Virus record (IMG/VR): IMGVR_UViG_3300008266_011815 | DNA: 64,000 bases | Strand: one strand, 5' to 3' | Source of the DNA: an uncultured virus (IMG/VR IMGVR_UViG_3300008266_011815) | Taxonomy: Duplodnaviria; Heunggongvirae; Uroviricota; Caudoviricetes | Part shown: positions 10,225 through 19,579 of the stretch, piece after piece | Layout: each line of letters opens with the position of its first letter | Numbering within the stretch: position 1 is the first letter of the stretch | Made by a program: the position numbers and the translations under genes | Notes under the pieces: model-generated | Seen by the model: only the letters and a program-made list of their open reading frames with translations | Database searches by the model: none | What the model was told of the DNA's origin: nothing

Positions 10225-12555
10225 ATGACAAACATAACAGTAATTAAACGCGACGGAAAAAAAGAGCCATTAATGATTGAAAAATGGCAGACACAGATAG
10301 CTAAAGTATGCAAGGAAATCGCTGACGTTAGTCAGTCAATGATTGAAATTAAAAGTCAACCGCACTTCTACGATGGAATTACAACCAAAGAAATCGATGA
10401 AATAACACTAAGAGCAATAGTGGACCTTATCGATATCGAAAGCAATCCAGATCTAGGACACACCAATTATCAATATGTAGCAGGCAAACAACGTTTGAGT
10501 ATGCTACGTAAGGATGTATATGGCCAATACGAGCCTCCCCACCTTTACGAAATCGTAAAAAGAAACGTAGCTACGGGGTTGTATACTAATGAGCTATTAG
10601 AGTGGTATAGTGAAGAAGACTGGAATAAAATGAATGATATGATCGATCATTCCAAAGATGAACAATATGGATATGCGTCTATTGAACAACTAATTGAAAA
10701 ATATCTAGTTAAGAATCGTAGCACAAAGGAAATTTATGAAACTCCACAGGTTAGATACATGGTGGCAGCGGCAACAGTCTTCCATAGAGAAGAACCCAAT
10801 TCAGCAAGAATGCGATATATCAAAGAGTATTATACCGCCGCATCTGACGGCTTGTTTACTCTTGCAACACCTGTGTTGGCTGGTCTTGGCACTCCGACTA
10901 AACAGTTTAGTTCTTGTGTTCTTATCCGCAGTGATGACGACCTGGATAGCATTTTTGCTTCAGGAGAAATGATGGCCAAGTATGCCAGCAAACGTGCAGG
11001 CATTGGTTTAGAGATTGGTCGACTACGTCCATTAGGCAGTCCTATACGTGGTGGTGAAATCATGCACACTGGCATGATTCCTTTTTTGAAAAAGTGGTTC
11101 GCAGATTTAAGGAGTTGCAGTCAAGGTGGTATACGTAATGCTAGTGCTACAGTTTTTTATCCTATTTGGCATCATCAGTTTGATGATCTTATCGTGCTTA
11201 AGAATAATCAAGGCACAGACGAAACCCGAGTTAGACACATGGACTACGGGGTGGTATTGTCTGCTTTCTTCTGGCGCAGATTTAAAAATAAAGAATCCAT
11301 TACTTTCTTTGATCCCAATGAAGTACCAGACCTTTATGAAGCTTTCTATAGAGACTCGAAACGGTTTGAAGATCTATACGTCAAGTACGAGAAAGTACCT
11401 GGCCTGCGCAAGAAAACTATATCAGCAGAAGAAGTTTTTAAGAGTGGAATTCTAAAAGAACGTACAGACACAGGTCGTATCTATCTTGTGTTTATTGATA
11501 ATGTAATGAATCAAGGACCATTTGATCCTGAGTATCATACCATTTATCAAAGTAACCTATGCTGCGAAATTCTATTACCTACTAAACCATTTAAGAGACT
11601 TGATGATGATGAAGGACGTATTGCCTTATGCACCTTGGGTAGTGTTAACTGGGGAGCGTTCCGTAACCCAGAAGATATGCGACGTGCTTGTCGCATTTTA
11701 CAACGTAGTCTATGTAACATACTGGACTATCAAGATTTCTTATCAATTCAGAGTAAACTAAGCAATGACGAAATTCAGCCTTTGGGTATTGGTGTTACTA
11801 ATCTTGCTTATTGGCATGCTAAACGCGGCCTACGATACGGTGAAGCCGATGCATTGGGAGAGGTTAAATCCTGGATCGAGCATCAAGCTTACTACCTAAC
11901 AGAAGCCACAGTTGAACTAGCCAAAGAAAGAGGCAAGTGCAAAGATAGTGATCAAACACGTTACGGTCAAGGTATTTTTCCTTGGGAATTAAGAGCCGAC
12001 GGTGTTAATAAATTAACTAATTTTACACCAGAACTAGATTGGGAACCTCTTAGGAAGGAGATGAAACAATATGGTGTACGAAATGCTACTCTTATGGCTA
12101 TTGCTCCAGTTGAGTCTAGTAGTGTTGTTATTAATAGTACAAATGGCATTGAAATGCCTATGAGCTTGATTAGCGTTAAAGAAAGCAAAGCTGGTTCGTT
12201 TACTCAAGTTGTTCCTGAGTATCATAAATTAAAAAACAAATATCAGCTAATGTGGGATCAAAAAGATTGTGCAGGATACATCAAGACTGCGGCAGTTCTA
12301 GCTGCATATGTTGATCAAAGTATTAGCACAAACACATTCTACAATCCTGCGCACTATGCAGATCGTAAAGTACCAACTACATTGATTGCTAAAAACTTAA
12401 TGATGGCTCACTATTGGGGATTGAAAACTTTCTATTATAGCCTTATTAACAAAACAGGCGTCAAGGCAGAAAAGGAAGAAACACCGTTAGAAATGAAGTA
12501 CAACGGGTTTCATGAAGTATTAGAAGATGATGATTGCGAGGCATGTAAACTATGA
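10225..12555 (+). CDS. nrdA: class Ia ribonucleotide reductase alpha subunit
   Basis: ATP-cone start (VIKRDG), QFSSC, SNLCCEI, GLKTFYY, C-terminal CEACKL. Confidence 0.97.
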   Translation: MTNITVIKRDGKKEPLMIEKWQTQIAKVCKEIADVSQSMIEIKSQPHFYDGITTKEIDEITLRAIVDLIDIESNPDLGHTNYQYVAGKQRLSMLRKDVYGQYEPPHLYEIVKRNVATGLYTNELLEWYSEEDWNKMNDMIDHSKDEQYGYASIEQLIEKYLVKNRSTKEIYETPQVRYMVAAATVFHREEPNSARMRYIKEYYTAASDGLFTLATPVLAGLGTPTKQFSSCVLIRSDDDLDSIFASGEMMAKYASKRAGIGLEIGRLRPLGSPIRGGEIMHTGMIPFLKKWFADLRSCSQGGIRNASATVFYPIWHHQFDDLIVLKNNQGTDETRVRHMDYGVVLSAFFWRRFKNKESITFFDPNEVPDLYEAFYRDSKRFEDLYVKYEKVPGLRKKTISAEEVFKSGILKERTDTGRIYLVFIDNVMNQGPFDPEYHTIYQSNLCCEILLPTKPFKRLDDDEGRIALCTLGSVNWGAFRNPEDMRRACRILQRSLCNILDYQDFLSIQSKLSNDEIQPLGIGVTNLAYWHAKRGLRYGEADALGEVKSWIEHQAYYLTEATVELAKERGKCKDSDQTRYGQGIFPWELRADGVNKLTNFTPELDWEPLRKEMKQYGVRNATLMAIAPVESSSVVINSTNGIEMPMSLISVKESKAGSFTQVVPEYHKLKNKYQLMWDQKDCAGYIKTAAVLAAYVDQSISTNTFYNPAHYADRKVPTTLIAKNLMMAHYWGLKTFYYSLINKTGVKAEKEETPLEMKYNGFHEVLEDDDCEACKL

Positions 12556-13655
12556 GCAAAGCTCAGTATGATTTAAACACAAAGACAGACTACTTACATC
12601 GTAAGATGTTTCTAGACCCAGAAGGTCCGGTTACAATTCAGCGATTTGAAGAAGTTAAGTATCCTAAGATACAAAAAATAGAACAGACAGCACGAGGGTT
12701 CTACTGGGTTCCTGAAGAAATTAGTTTAACTAAAGATGCCGGAGACTTCAAAGAATCTAGCGATGCGGTCAAACACATTTTTACCAGTAACTTATTAAGA
12801 CAGACAGCCTTAGACAGCTTACAGGGTCGAGGCCCAGCACAGGTATTCACACCGTGTGTTAGCTTGCCTGAGTTAGAAGCATTAATGTATAATTGGAGTT
12901 TCTTTGAAACTAATATACATAGTCGCAGTTACAGTCATATTATTCGTAATATCTACAACGTGCCTAAGGAAGTGTTCAACACTATTCACGACACTGAAGA
13001 AATTGTCAATATGGCATCAAGTGTAGGCAAGTATTACGATCAACTACACACAATTAATTGTGCAAAAGAATTAGGTAGTCCTCCAGTGTCTGAAGAGCAA
13101 CACATTCGAGCCATTTGGTTAGCACTAAATGCCAGTTATGCACTAGAAGCATTCCGCTTTATGGTATCGTTCGCTACAAGTTTAGCAATGGTTGAGAATA
13201 AAATCTTTATCGGAAATGGTAACATTATCAGTTTAATTTTGCAAGATGAAATTCTACACAAAGAATGGACTGCTTTGCTAATTAATACAGTGGTAAAAGA
13301 CGATGAACGTTTTCAGCGAGTAAAGATTGAATGTGAAGCTGAAGTGTATTCTATGTATGAAGACGTCATACGCGAAGAAAAAGCATGGGCAGATTATTTG
13401 TTTAAGAAAGGTCCTGTGATTGGACTTAATGCAAATATATTAAAAGATTTTGTAGATTATACAGCCGCAGGTGCTTTAAAAGATATTGGTATTAAGTATC
13501 AGCGCCCTGCACCAAAAACTACACCCATTCCTTGGTTTAACAAGCATAGCGATACTAGCAAGAAACAAACTGCATTGCAAGAGAACGAATCGACTAATTA
13601 TGTTATAGGTGTCATGTCAGATGCCGTTGACTATGAAGAATTACCAGAATTATGA
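12552..13655 (+). CDS. nrdB: ribonucleotide reductase beta subunit
   Basis: YWVPEE, ETNIHSRSYS, LEAFRF, DEILH diiron motifs. Confidence 0.97.
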   Translation: MSKAQYDLNTKTDYLHRKMFLDPEGPVTIQRFEEVKYPKIQKIEQTARGFYWVPEEISLTKDAGDFKESSDAVKHIFTSNLLRQTALDSLQGRGPAQVFTPCVSLPELEALMYNWSFFETNIHSRSYSHIIRNIYNVPKEVFNTIHDTEEIVNMASSVGKYYDQLHTINCAKELGSPPVSEEQHIRAIWLALNASYALEAFRFMVSFATSLAMVENKIFIGNGNIISLILQDEILHKEWTALLINTVVKDDERFQRVKIECEAEVYSMYEDVIREEKAWADYLFKKGPVIGLNANILKDFVDYTAAGALKDIGIKYQRPAPKTTPIPWFNKHSDTSKKQTALQENESTNYVIGVMSDAVDYEELPEL

Positions 13656-13666
13656 TGGAGAAATAA

Positions 13667-13891
13667 ATGAAAGCAGTAGTATGGTCGAAATATCATTGCC
13701 CATTTTGCGATCAAGCAAAGGCACTACTTACGTTAAAAGGTATTGAATTTGAAGAACGTAAAATTGGCGATGGGTATAGTAAAGAAGATTTATTAGAAGC
13801 AGTACCAACAGCACGTACAGTTCCACAGATTTTTTTAGATGATAAATTAATTGGTGGATTCACAGAACTTAAACAATTTTTGAAAGGTTAA
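13667..13891 (+). CDS. glutaredoxin
   Basis: CPFC, TVPQIF, IGGF. Confidence 0.95.
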   Translation: MKAVVWSKYHCPFCDQAKALLTLKGIEFEERKIGDGYSKEDLLEAVPTARTVPQIFLDDKLIGGFTELKQFLKG

Positions 13892-13892
13892 C

Positions 13893-14183
13893 ATGTTAAT
13901 TGATAAAGGCGTATCCGTAGGCGAAGTAATTACTCTAAAACTAACATCAGGCGAAGAAATCGTAGCTAAACTGATTGAAGAAAATGATTTACATTATAAA
14001 CTATCAAGACCAATGGTAATTGGTATGGGGCAACAAGGTCCCGGTCTGATGCCCTACTTGTTCACAGTAGACCCAGACAAAGAAATCAAATTGCAAAAGA
14101 AAACTGTCACAGTAGCTGAAGCATCTGATGAAAAGTTTGCTAAAACATTTTTAGAACAAACTTCTGGAATTAAACTAGCTTAA
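13893..14183 (+). CDS. hypothetical protein (Sm-like fold suspected)
   Basis: TLKLTSGEEIVAK motif. Confidence 0.7.
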   Translation: MLIDKGVSVGEVITLKLTSGEEIVAKLIEENDLHYKLSRPMVIGMGQQGPGLMPYLFTVDPDKEIKLQKKTVTVAEASDEKFAKTFLEQTSGIKLA

Positions 14184-14184
14184 C

Positions 14185-14634
14185 ATGTCTACTGCATCTC
14201 CCTCTATACTTACAACTGTGGAAGAATTTCAAAATTTTACTCAAAGTATAAGTGTAGAGGATGTAGGATTTTTAGAACCAATCGCTGCTACGGTAACTGG
14301 TGTTAGTGCAAATTTATCCACAGAGGGATTGACTATAAACTATAGCGGATCTAATGTTACTATTTCCGGAAGATACATCAATATATTCACAGAAAAAACT
14401 TTTGAATATCTAACAACTGAACCACAAAAAGAAGTAGATATAACTCCATATCAAGATATACCTCCTAAAATTTACGCTCTTACCCAGTTTAACCCGTCAA
14501 AAATTTTAAGTAAAACGATTACTTATACCATAAGTACTACATCAGGATCAGCTTCCGTGACTCAAACTATACAAAATAATTGGGACACTGGTAAAGCTCA
14601 AATGGTGCAAGCGTTGTCGAGAGGATCAGTATAA
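14185..14634 (+). CDS. hypothetical protein, probably baseplate-associated
   Basis: 149 aa, directly upstream of PAAR. Confidence 0.65.
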   Translation: MSTASPSILTTVEEFQNFTQSISVEDVGFLEPIAATVTGVSANLSTEGLTINYSGSNVTISGRYINIFTEKTFEYLTTEPQKEVDITPYQDIPPKIYALTQFNPSKILSKTITYTISTTSGSASVTQTIQNNWDTGKAQMVQALSRGSV

Positions 14635-14924
14635 TGCCAGCAGTTACAAGATTAGGTGATGGATGTACAGGGCACGGCAGTTGGCCACCAAGGGTAAATG
14701 ACTCAGCCAGCGACGATGTATTCTGCAATAATATTAAAGTACATAGACAGGGCGATCATTGGGTGACACACTGCAATCCAGAACCTAGTTGCCATGATAG
14801 TTCTTTGTCCTCGGGTAGTGGATCTGTTTTTGTAAACAATAAACAAATTGGACGTATTGGCGATCCTATAGGCTGTGGCTCTTCTGTAGCAGCAGGATCT
14901 AAAGATGTGTTCGCTGGGGGATAA
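14634..14924 (+). CDS. PAAR-domain spike tip protein (T4 gp5.4-like)
   Basis: MPAVTRLGD..GH, HRQGD, GRIGD..CGS repeats. Confidence 0.92.
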   Translation: MPAVTRLGDGCTGHGSWPPRVNDSASDDVFCNNIKVHRQGDHWVTHCNPEPSCHDSSLSSGSGSVFVNNKQIGRIGDPIGCGSSVAAGSKDVFAGG

Positions 14925-15215
14925 TTGAACGATTTATTTTATGGAATTTTTTCTTGGATTAGGACTGACTATTATTCCAGCCGTACTCGTTTTTGTATTG
15001 AGCTGCTGGCTTGGGCTATTTCTATTGGTTGCAGCGTTACTATGGCTCTCACTGTGCCTAGCCCACCTCTTCTCATACTCTACCCGTTTTGGATTACTGG
15101 GTGTGCTTTGTACGTTTGGGCTTCTTGGACTCGTAGGAGCTTCGGTATGCTCGCAAATTACCTGTTATTAGTTAGTATTGATGCACTTGGGCTAGTAAGG
15201 ATGCTAGCACAATAA
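14925..15215 (+). CDS. membrane protein
   Basis: Three hydrophobic segments; TTG start. Confidence 0.65.
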   Translation: MNDLFYGIFSWIRTDYYSSRTRFCIELLAWAISIGCSVTMALTVPSPPLLILYPFWITGCALYVWASWTRRSFGMLANYLLLVSIDALGLVRMLAQ

Positions 15216-15226
15216 ATATTTGTATC

Positions 15227-15817
15227 ATGCAAATAGTTTATATCCACGGTGCAAGTGCAACCGAAGAAAGTTTCAATTATATTAGGGATCACCTAGATGT
15301 TCCTAGTATATCTTTTAACTACGACAGCAGTAACGGCTTTCTTAATAATTTAGAAATATTCAAAGAAAAATTAAAACATCTTGACAATGTGTTTTTTGTA
15401 GCACATAGTTTAGGCGGGATTTATTCTCTGCATTTAGCGAATCATTATCCTGATCAAGTAATTGGTGCAGTAACTATTTCTACTCCGTACGGTGGTAGCA
15501 GAGAAGCAGATTATGCTAGATACTTCTTACCATTTAGTAGACTAATGAGAGACATTGGTCCTAATAGCGATCCCATGAAAATAGCCTCAAGAATAAAGGT
15601 TCAACATCCTTGGACTAATGTAGTAACAACTAGAGGAAAAAGTCCGTTTATTCTTGAACCAAATGATGGAGTAGTTACAATTCAAAGTATGCAACATCAC
15701 GGTGACGATATGGAATTGATAGAAGTAAATTACAACCATTATGAAGTCGTAATGAGTCCATTAATTGTAGAAATAATAAAATCTAAAATGGGGGAGTTAA
15801 AAAATGTCATACAGTGA
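15227..15817 (+). CDS. alpha/beta hydrolase
   Basis: YIHG, AHSLGG nucleophile elbow, NDGVV, NHYE. Confidence 0.88.
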   Translation: MQIVYIHGASATEESFNYIRDHLDVPSISFNYDSSNGFLNNLEIFKEKLKHLDNVFFVAHSLGGIYSLHLANHYPDQVIGAVTISTPYGGSREADYARYFLPFSRLMRDIGPNSDPMKIASRIKVQHPWTNVVTTRGKSPFILEPNDGVVTIQSMQHHGDDMELIEVNYNHYEVVMSPLIVEIIKSKMGELKNVIQ

Positions 15818-16184
15818 TCAAGTTATAGACCACTACGAAAACCCTAGAAATGTAGGCAAACTAGATAAGGATGATCCTAGAGTAGGAACAGGATTAGTTG
15901 GCGCACCTGCTTGCGGTGATGTGCTACAACTTCAAATACGAGTTGACGAAGGGATAATTACAGATGCCAAATTCAAAACTTATGGCTGCGGATCGGCGAT
16001 TGCAAGTAGTTCGCTGGTTTCGGAATGGGTTAAAGGTAAAACTCTCGAGCAGGCGTCTGCTATTAAAAATACGCAAATCGCGGAGGAGCTTGCGTTACCT
16101 CCAGTTAAAATTCACTGTTCAATATTAGCGGAAGATGCAATAAAATCTGCGATTGCTGATTACAAGGCCAAACATAATGTTTGA
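15804..16184 (+). CDS. iscU: Fe-S cluster scaffold protein
   Basis: DHYENPRNVG, GAPACGD, GCGSAIASSS, LPPVKIHC. Confidence 0.97.
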   Translation: MSYSDQVIDHYENPRNVGKLDKDDPRVGTGLVGAPACGDVLQLQIRVDEGIITDAKFKTYGCGSAIASSSLVSEWVKGKTLEQASAIKNTQIAEELALPPVKIHCSILAEDAIKSAIADYKAKHNV

Positions 16185-16506
16185 TAATATTTCAGTTACT
16201 AATACCGCCGCTAATAAAATTAAACGATATTTAGAAAAAAGAGGAGTAGGTATTGGCATCAAAATTGGTGTTAGGACAACAGGCTGTTCTGGACTAGCCT
16301 ATACCCTTGAGTATGTTGATGAAGTTGACCCTACAGATCATTTGTTTGAAGATCGAGAAGTTAAAATTTTTGTAAGTCCAAAAAACTTGCCGTATTTGCA
16401 AGGAATGGAAATTGATTTTAAACGTCAAGGTCTAAATGAAGGTTTTGAATTTAATAATCCTCAAGCAAGAGATCATTGCGGTTGTGGAGAATCTTTTAGG
16501 GTATAA
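16177..16506 (+). CDS. iscA: Fe-S cluster A-type carrier
   Basis: TGCSGLAY and CGCGESF. Confidence 0.95.
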   Translation: MFDNISVTNTAANKIKRYLEKRGVGIGIKIGVRTTGCSGLAYTLEYVDEVDPTDHLFEDREVKIFVSPKNLPYLQGMEIDFKRQGLNEGFEFNNPQARDHCGCGESFRV

Positions 16507-16509
16507 ATC

Positions 16510-16836
16510 ATGTGGACTAGAAATAACACAAAAGATTGGTTGTTTCAAATAGAACATAGGTTATATGATTTTGAATATTATTTAAAAATTACCGAAGAAT
16601 GGTGTGAGGAGCATTGTATTTTTAACGATGCTGCTGTTTTCATGTGCTATGTTATGACATTGGTTTGGGTAAGTCATATGCGTGGCGAAGAGCTTACAAA
16701 AAACGAAGTTTTTGAAATTTTAGGATTTGAAGAACACGTTAACGATAATTCTACATTTGAGCTGTCCAAAGATTTACTAAATTTGGACCACGAAGAGCTT
16801 TTATCTAAAGTAATCAAAGACCTACCAAATTACTAG
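16510..16836 (+). CDS. hypothetical protein
   Basis: 108 aa ORF. Confidence 0.7.
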   Translation: MWTRNNTKDWLFQIEHRLYDFEYYLKITEEWCEEHCIFNDAAVFMCYVMTLVWVSHMRGEELTKNEVFEILGFEEHVNDNSTFELSKDLLNLDHEELLSKVIKDLPNY

Positions 16837-16900
16837 ACAAAATCAAATTTTTCCTTTAAACTTATATTTTGTTTGTTATTAAAGGAGACTTGATTTGACT

Positions 16901-17281
16901 ATGCACTTACACCATCCCAGTTTGAGCATGACTGGTAAGAAAAAAGGCAAAAAAAAGTTTCGTAATGCAGAACAAGCTCGTTTAACAAGAGAGCTGGAAG
17001 AAAGCTGGAATGACCTTAAATCAAAATGGGGAGTTGATCCAAATGTTAAAAAACACCAAAAAAGTGTCAAAAATGACGTTTATCAGCCGAAAATCAACCC
17101 CAGATTAGAGGAAAGTCGTAAATATAATAGCCTGGTGACAACATGGGCACCATGCACTAAGAAGCCAAATCCAACCTACACTGGAGATAAAATTATCGGA
17201 ATTGGCACTATGCATAAGTCTAACGCAGTTCCTATTTTTAGTGACGATGCTGCTAAAGACATTTCTAAGATGCGTAGGTAA
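16901..17281 (+). CDS. hypothetical basic phage protein
   Basis: AAGGAG RBS; C-terminal GIGTMHKSNAVPIF motif. Confidence 0.75.
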   Translation: MHLHHPSLSMTGKKKGKKKFRNAEQARLTRELEESWNDLKSKWGVDPNVKKHQKSVKNDVYQPKINPRLEESRKYNSLVTTWAPCTKKPNPTYTGDKIIGIGTMHKSNAVPIFSDDAAKDISKMRR

Positions 17282-17345
17282 TAGAGTATAAATTTTTAGC
17301 AATTAAAATATTTCTTTTATACTCGAACAATCAAAGGAGAAAAAT

Positions 17346-17873
17346 ATGATTAGATTAATTAAAGCTTCGCTTATACTTTTGGCCGCCTTTATGGTTGCTT
17401 CTATAGCACAAGTGGCTATAAACTATAAGCTGAATAAAGTTGACGTCTTTCACAAGACCAGTCACGTCACAGCAGAAGTACGTAATAAACAGTTAGAGTG
17501 TCTAGCTCAAAATATCTATTACGAAGCTGGTTACGAACCTTTTGAAGGAAAGGTAGCAGTTGCACAAGTTACAATGAATAGAGTAAAAAGTGGACAATTC
17601 CCATCAGATGTATGTGCAGTAATTCATCAAAGGAATGTTGTTTACAACAAAGTTATTTGCCAGTTTAGTTGGTATTGTAACTCCCCAGCAGTACGTAGGC
17701 CAGTTAACCAGCCGGCATACAAAGAAAGTTACGAAGTTGCAAAACAAGTATTACTTGAAGGATTTAGACTTCCTAGTCTAAAAACCGCTCTCTACTATCA
17801 CGCAGATTATGTTGATCCAAAGTGGGGTCGAGAGCGAGTAGCAAAAATTGGTCAACACATTTTTTATAATTAA
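17346..17873 (+). CDS. cell wall hydrolase (SleB/Hydrolase_2 family)
   Basis: CLAQNIYYEA, VAVAQVTMNRV, CQFSW, YYHADYVDPKW, IGQHIFY. Confidence 0.92.
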   Translation: MIRLIKASLILLAAFMVASIAQVAINYKLNKVDVFHKTSHVTAEVRNKQLECLAQNIYYEAGYEPFEGKVAVAQVTMNRVKSGQFPSDVCAVIHQRNVVYNKVICQFSWYCNSPAVRRPVNQPAYKESYEVAKQVLLEGFRLPSLKTALYYHADYVDPKWGRERVAKIGQHIFYN

Positions 17874-17881
17874 GGAATCAC

Positions 17882-18187
17882 ATGGTAGCCGAACACATTA
17901 ATAAATTTGTAGAAGTTCTCAAAGAAAATCTAAGCCACTTGTCTGCAGAAGCATTAGGATGGGTAGCAGTAATGATTATTCATCTGTCAACTATTCCTAC
18001 ATTATTGGCTGTACTTACAGGTGTTACAGAAAAGTTTCCTCCTGTAGATCTCTTTCTTTTAACTTGGCTTGGTTTGGTGTTGTTTTTTATCAAAGCTGCT
18101 ATCCAAAAGGACATGCTGAATGTTGTAACTATCGGCATTGGCTTTTTTGTACAAGCATCTTTGGCCGCTTTGATACTTTTCAAATAA
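17882..18187 (+). CDS. three-TM membrane protein
   Basis: Hydrophobic segments; next to the hydrolase (holin-like role possible). Confidence 0.65.
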   Translation: MVAEHINKFVEVLKENLSHLSAEALGWVAVMIIHLSTIPTLLAVLTGVTEKFPPVDLFLLTWLGLVLFFIKAAIQKDMLNVVTIGIGFFVQASLAALILFK

Positions 18188-18196
18188 CCAAAACTG

Positions 18197-18225
18197 TTGA
18201 CTTTTATTAGCCTCTACAGTATAGT
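18197..18225 (+). promoter_or_regulatory. sigma70-type promoter
   Basis: TTGACT-N17-TATAGT. Confidence 0.65.
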
Positions 18226-18272
18226 ATAGCTGTAGAGGTTTTATTTTTTTACACACACTTTGAAAGGCAAAA

Positions 18273-18869
18273 ATGAAAAAGGCACTCGTACTAACAACTC
18301 TAGCATTATCACTGACAGCATGTTCTGGAATGAAAGAACTGCGTACTGAAAATATCAGTAAACGTGAAGTACCAGATTGGTATTTGGAACATGCTGATTC
18401 CGGTAAAGAAATGGACGGTTTCAAATTCTGGGATCGAAAAGGTTATTTTTATGCTGTAGCAGAAGACGTTAGCCCATCGATGGAAATGGCTATGAAGAAA
18501 GCTACACTCAAAGCTAAAGCAAAGTTGATTGATCGAGTCAACGGCGAAATGAATAATCGTACCACAATGACCTATAATGAAGCCGGCGGGCCTGAGGAAG
18601 TTAACGGACGTCAAGCCAATCAAGATGTCATTGTTAATCTAGTTGCTGAAAGTGTTCTTAGGACTTATGGCTTAGATAAGAAGATGGTAGTCTATAGTCC
18701 AGAAATGAGACACTATCGAGCTTTTGTACTAATGAAGATTAGTCAAAAAGATATTCAAGAAATGGCAAGAACGTTTGACGAGAACAAACAAATTAAACTA
18801 CAGAATCGAGTTGCAGGTAAAACTGTAGACGAGACTGCGGCTGAAGTTCTCGAACAATCGAGAAAATAA
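18273..18869 (+). CDS. lipoprotein (LPP20-like)
   Basis: Lipobox LTAC; VPDWY motif. Confidence 0.75.
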   Translation: MKKALVLTTLALSLTACSGMKELRTENISKREVPDWYLEHADSGKEMDGFKFWDRKGYFYAVAEDVSPSMEMAMKKATLKAKAKLIDRVNGEMNNRTTMTYNEAGGPEEVNGRQANQDVIVNLVAESVLRTYGLDKKMVVYSPEMRHYRAFVLMKISQKDIQEMARTFDENKQIKLQNRVAGKTVDETAAEVLEQSRK

Positions 18870-19210
18870 TGAAAAATTTATTTCTCATTATTTGTTTGAC
18901 TGCAGGCCTAAGTGCCTGCAGTTCGAATCCTCCTATTAAAACATCTGAACAGTTTTGTGATTTAAGATCTGAAACTGTTGTAGTTAAAGGAGACTTCGGA
19001 CAAGTCAAAGACGAGAAGACTGTCGAAGTAATGAAGTGCAGTGATAATCGATTCGACAGAATTTATCAAACTAAGATTGGAGTTGCAAAGTTTTGCGGCG
19101 AAAGTCCTATTAGAAGATATAAAAATGGCCAAATTATTGAAAGCACAGCATATGCTTGCCTTAAACCGGATGGTACTTGGGAAGTTATTGATCTTTACGC
19201 TCTGTACTAA
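18869..19210 (+). CDS. lipoprotein
   Basis: Lipobox LSAC; C-terminal ACLKPDGTWE. Confidence 0.75.
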   Translation: MKNLFLIICLTAGLSACSSNPPIKTSEQFCDLRSETVVVKGDFGQVKDEKTVEVMKCSDNRFDRIYQTKIGVAKFCGESPIRRYKNGQIIESTAYACLKPDGTWEVIDLYALY

Positions 19211-19577
19211 CTGTTACGCTCAATCTTGGGACTCTCCTAGTAGAGATGATTATGTACGATCAGATAGTATTCCTGCATTAGTTTATAACATGTGGAATAC
19301 CTTTTCTAATCGTATAAATGAAAGTGATAAACAAAAACACGAACATGCGGTCTATTATGCATTGGAACATTTAGATAACGGCGAGTTAATCAAATGGTAT
19401 AATCCTAGAACTAATAGTAACGGCCATGTGCAAGTTGCAATGACTTGGATGAACGGCGGACTTAGTTGTCGTAGAATCTATGGTCAAATACAAACTGAAA
19501 AGTTTAATAGACCATTCTCTGATACCGCTTGTTATAATCCGAGTACAAATGCATGGCGTTTTTCAGATAAATATTAA
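19170..19577 (+). CDS. 17-kDa surface-antigen-like (RT0821/Lpp0805) protein
   Basis: ALE..NGE..WYNP..G..CRR..TAC..W pattern; start uncertain. Confidence 0.65.
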   Translation: MVLGKLLIFTLCTNCYAQSWDSPSRDDYVRSDSIPALVYNMWNTFSNRINESDKQKHEHAVYYALEHLDNGELIKWYNPRTNSNGHVQVAMTWMNGGLSCRRIYGQIQTEKFNRPFSDTACYNPSTNAWRFSDKY

Positions 19578-19579
19578 TT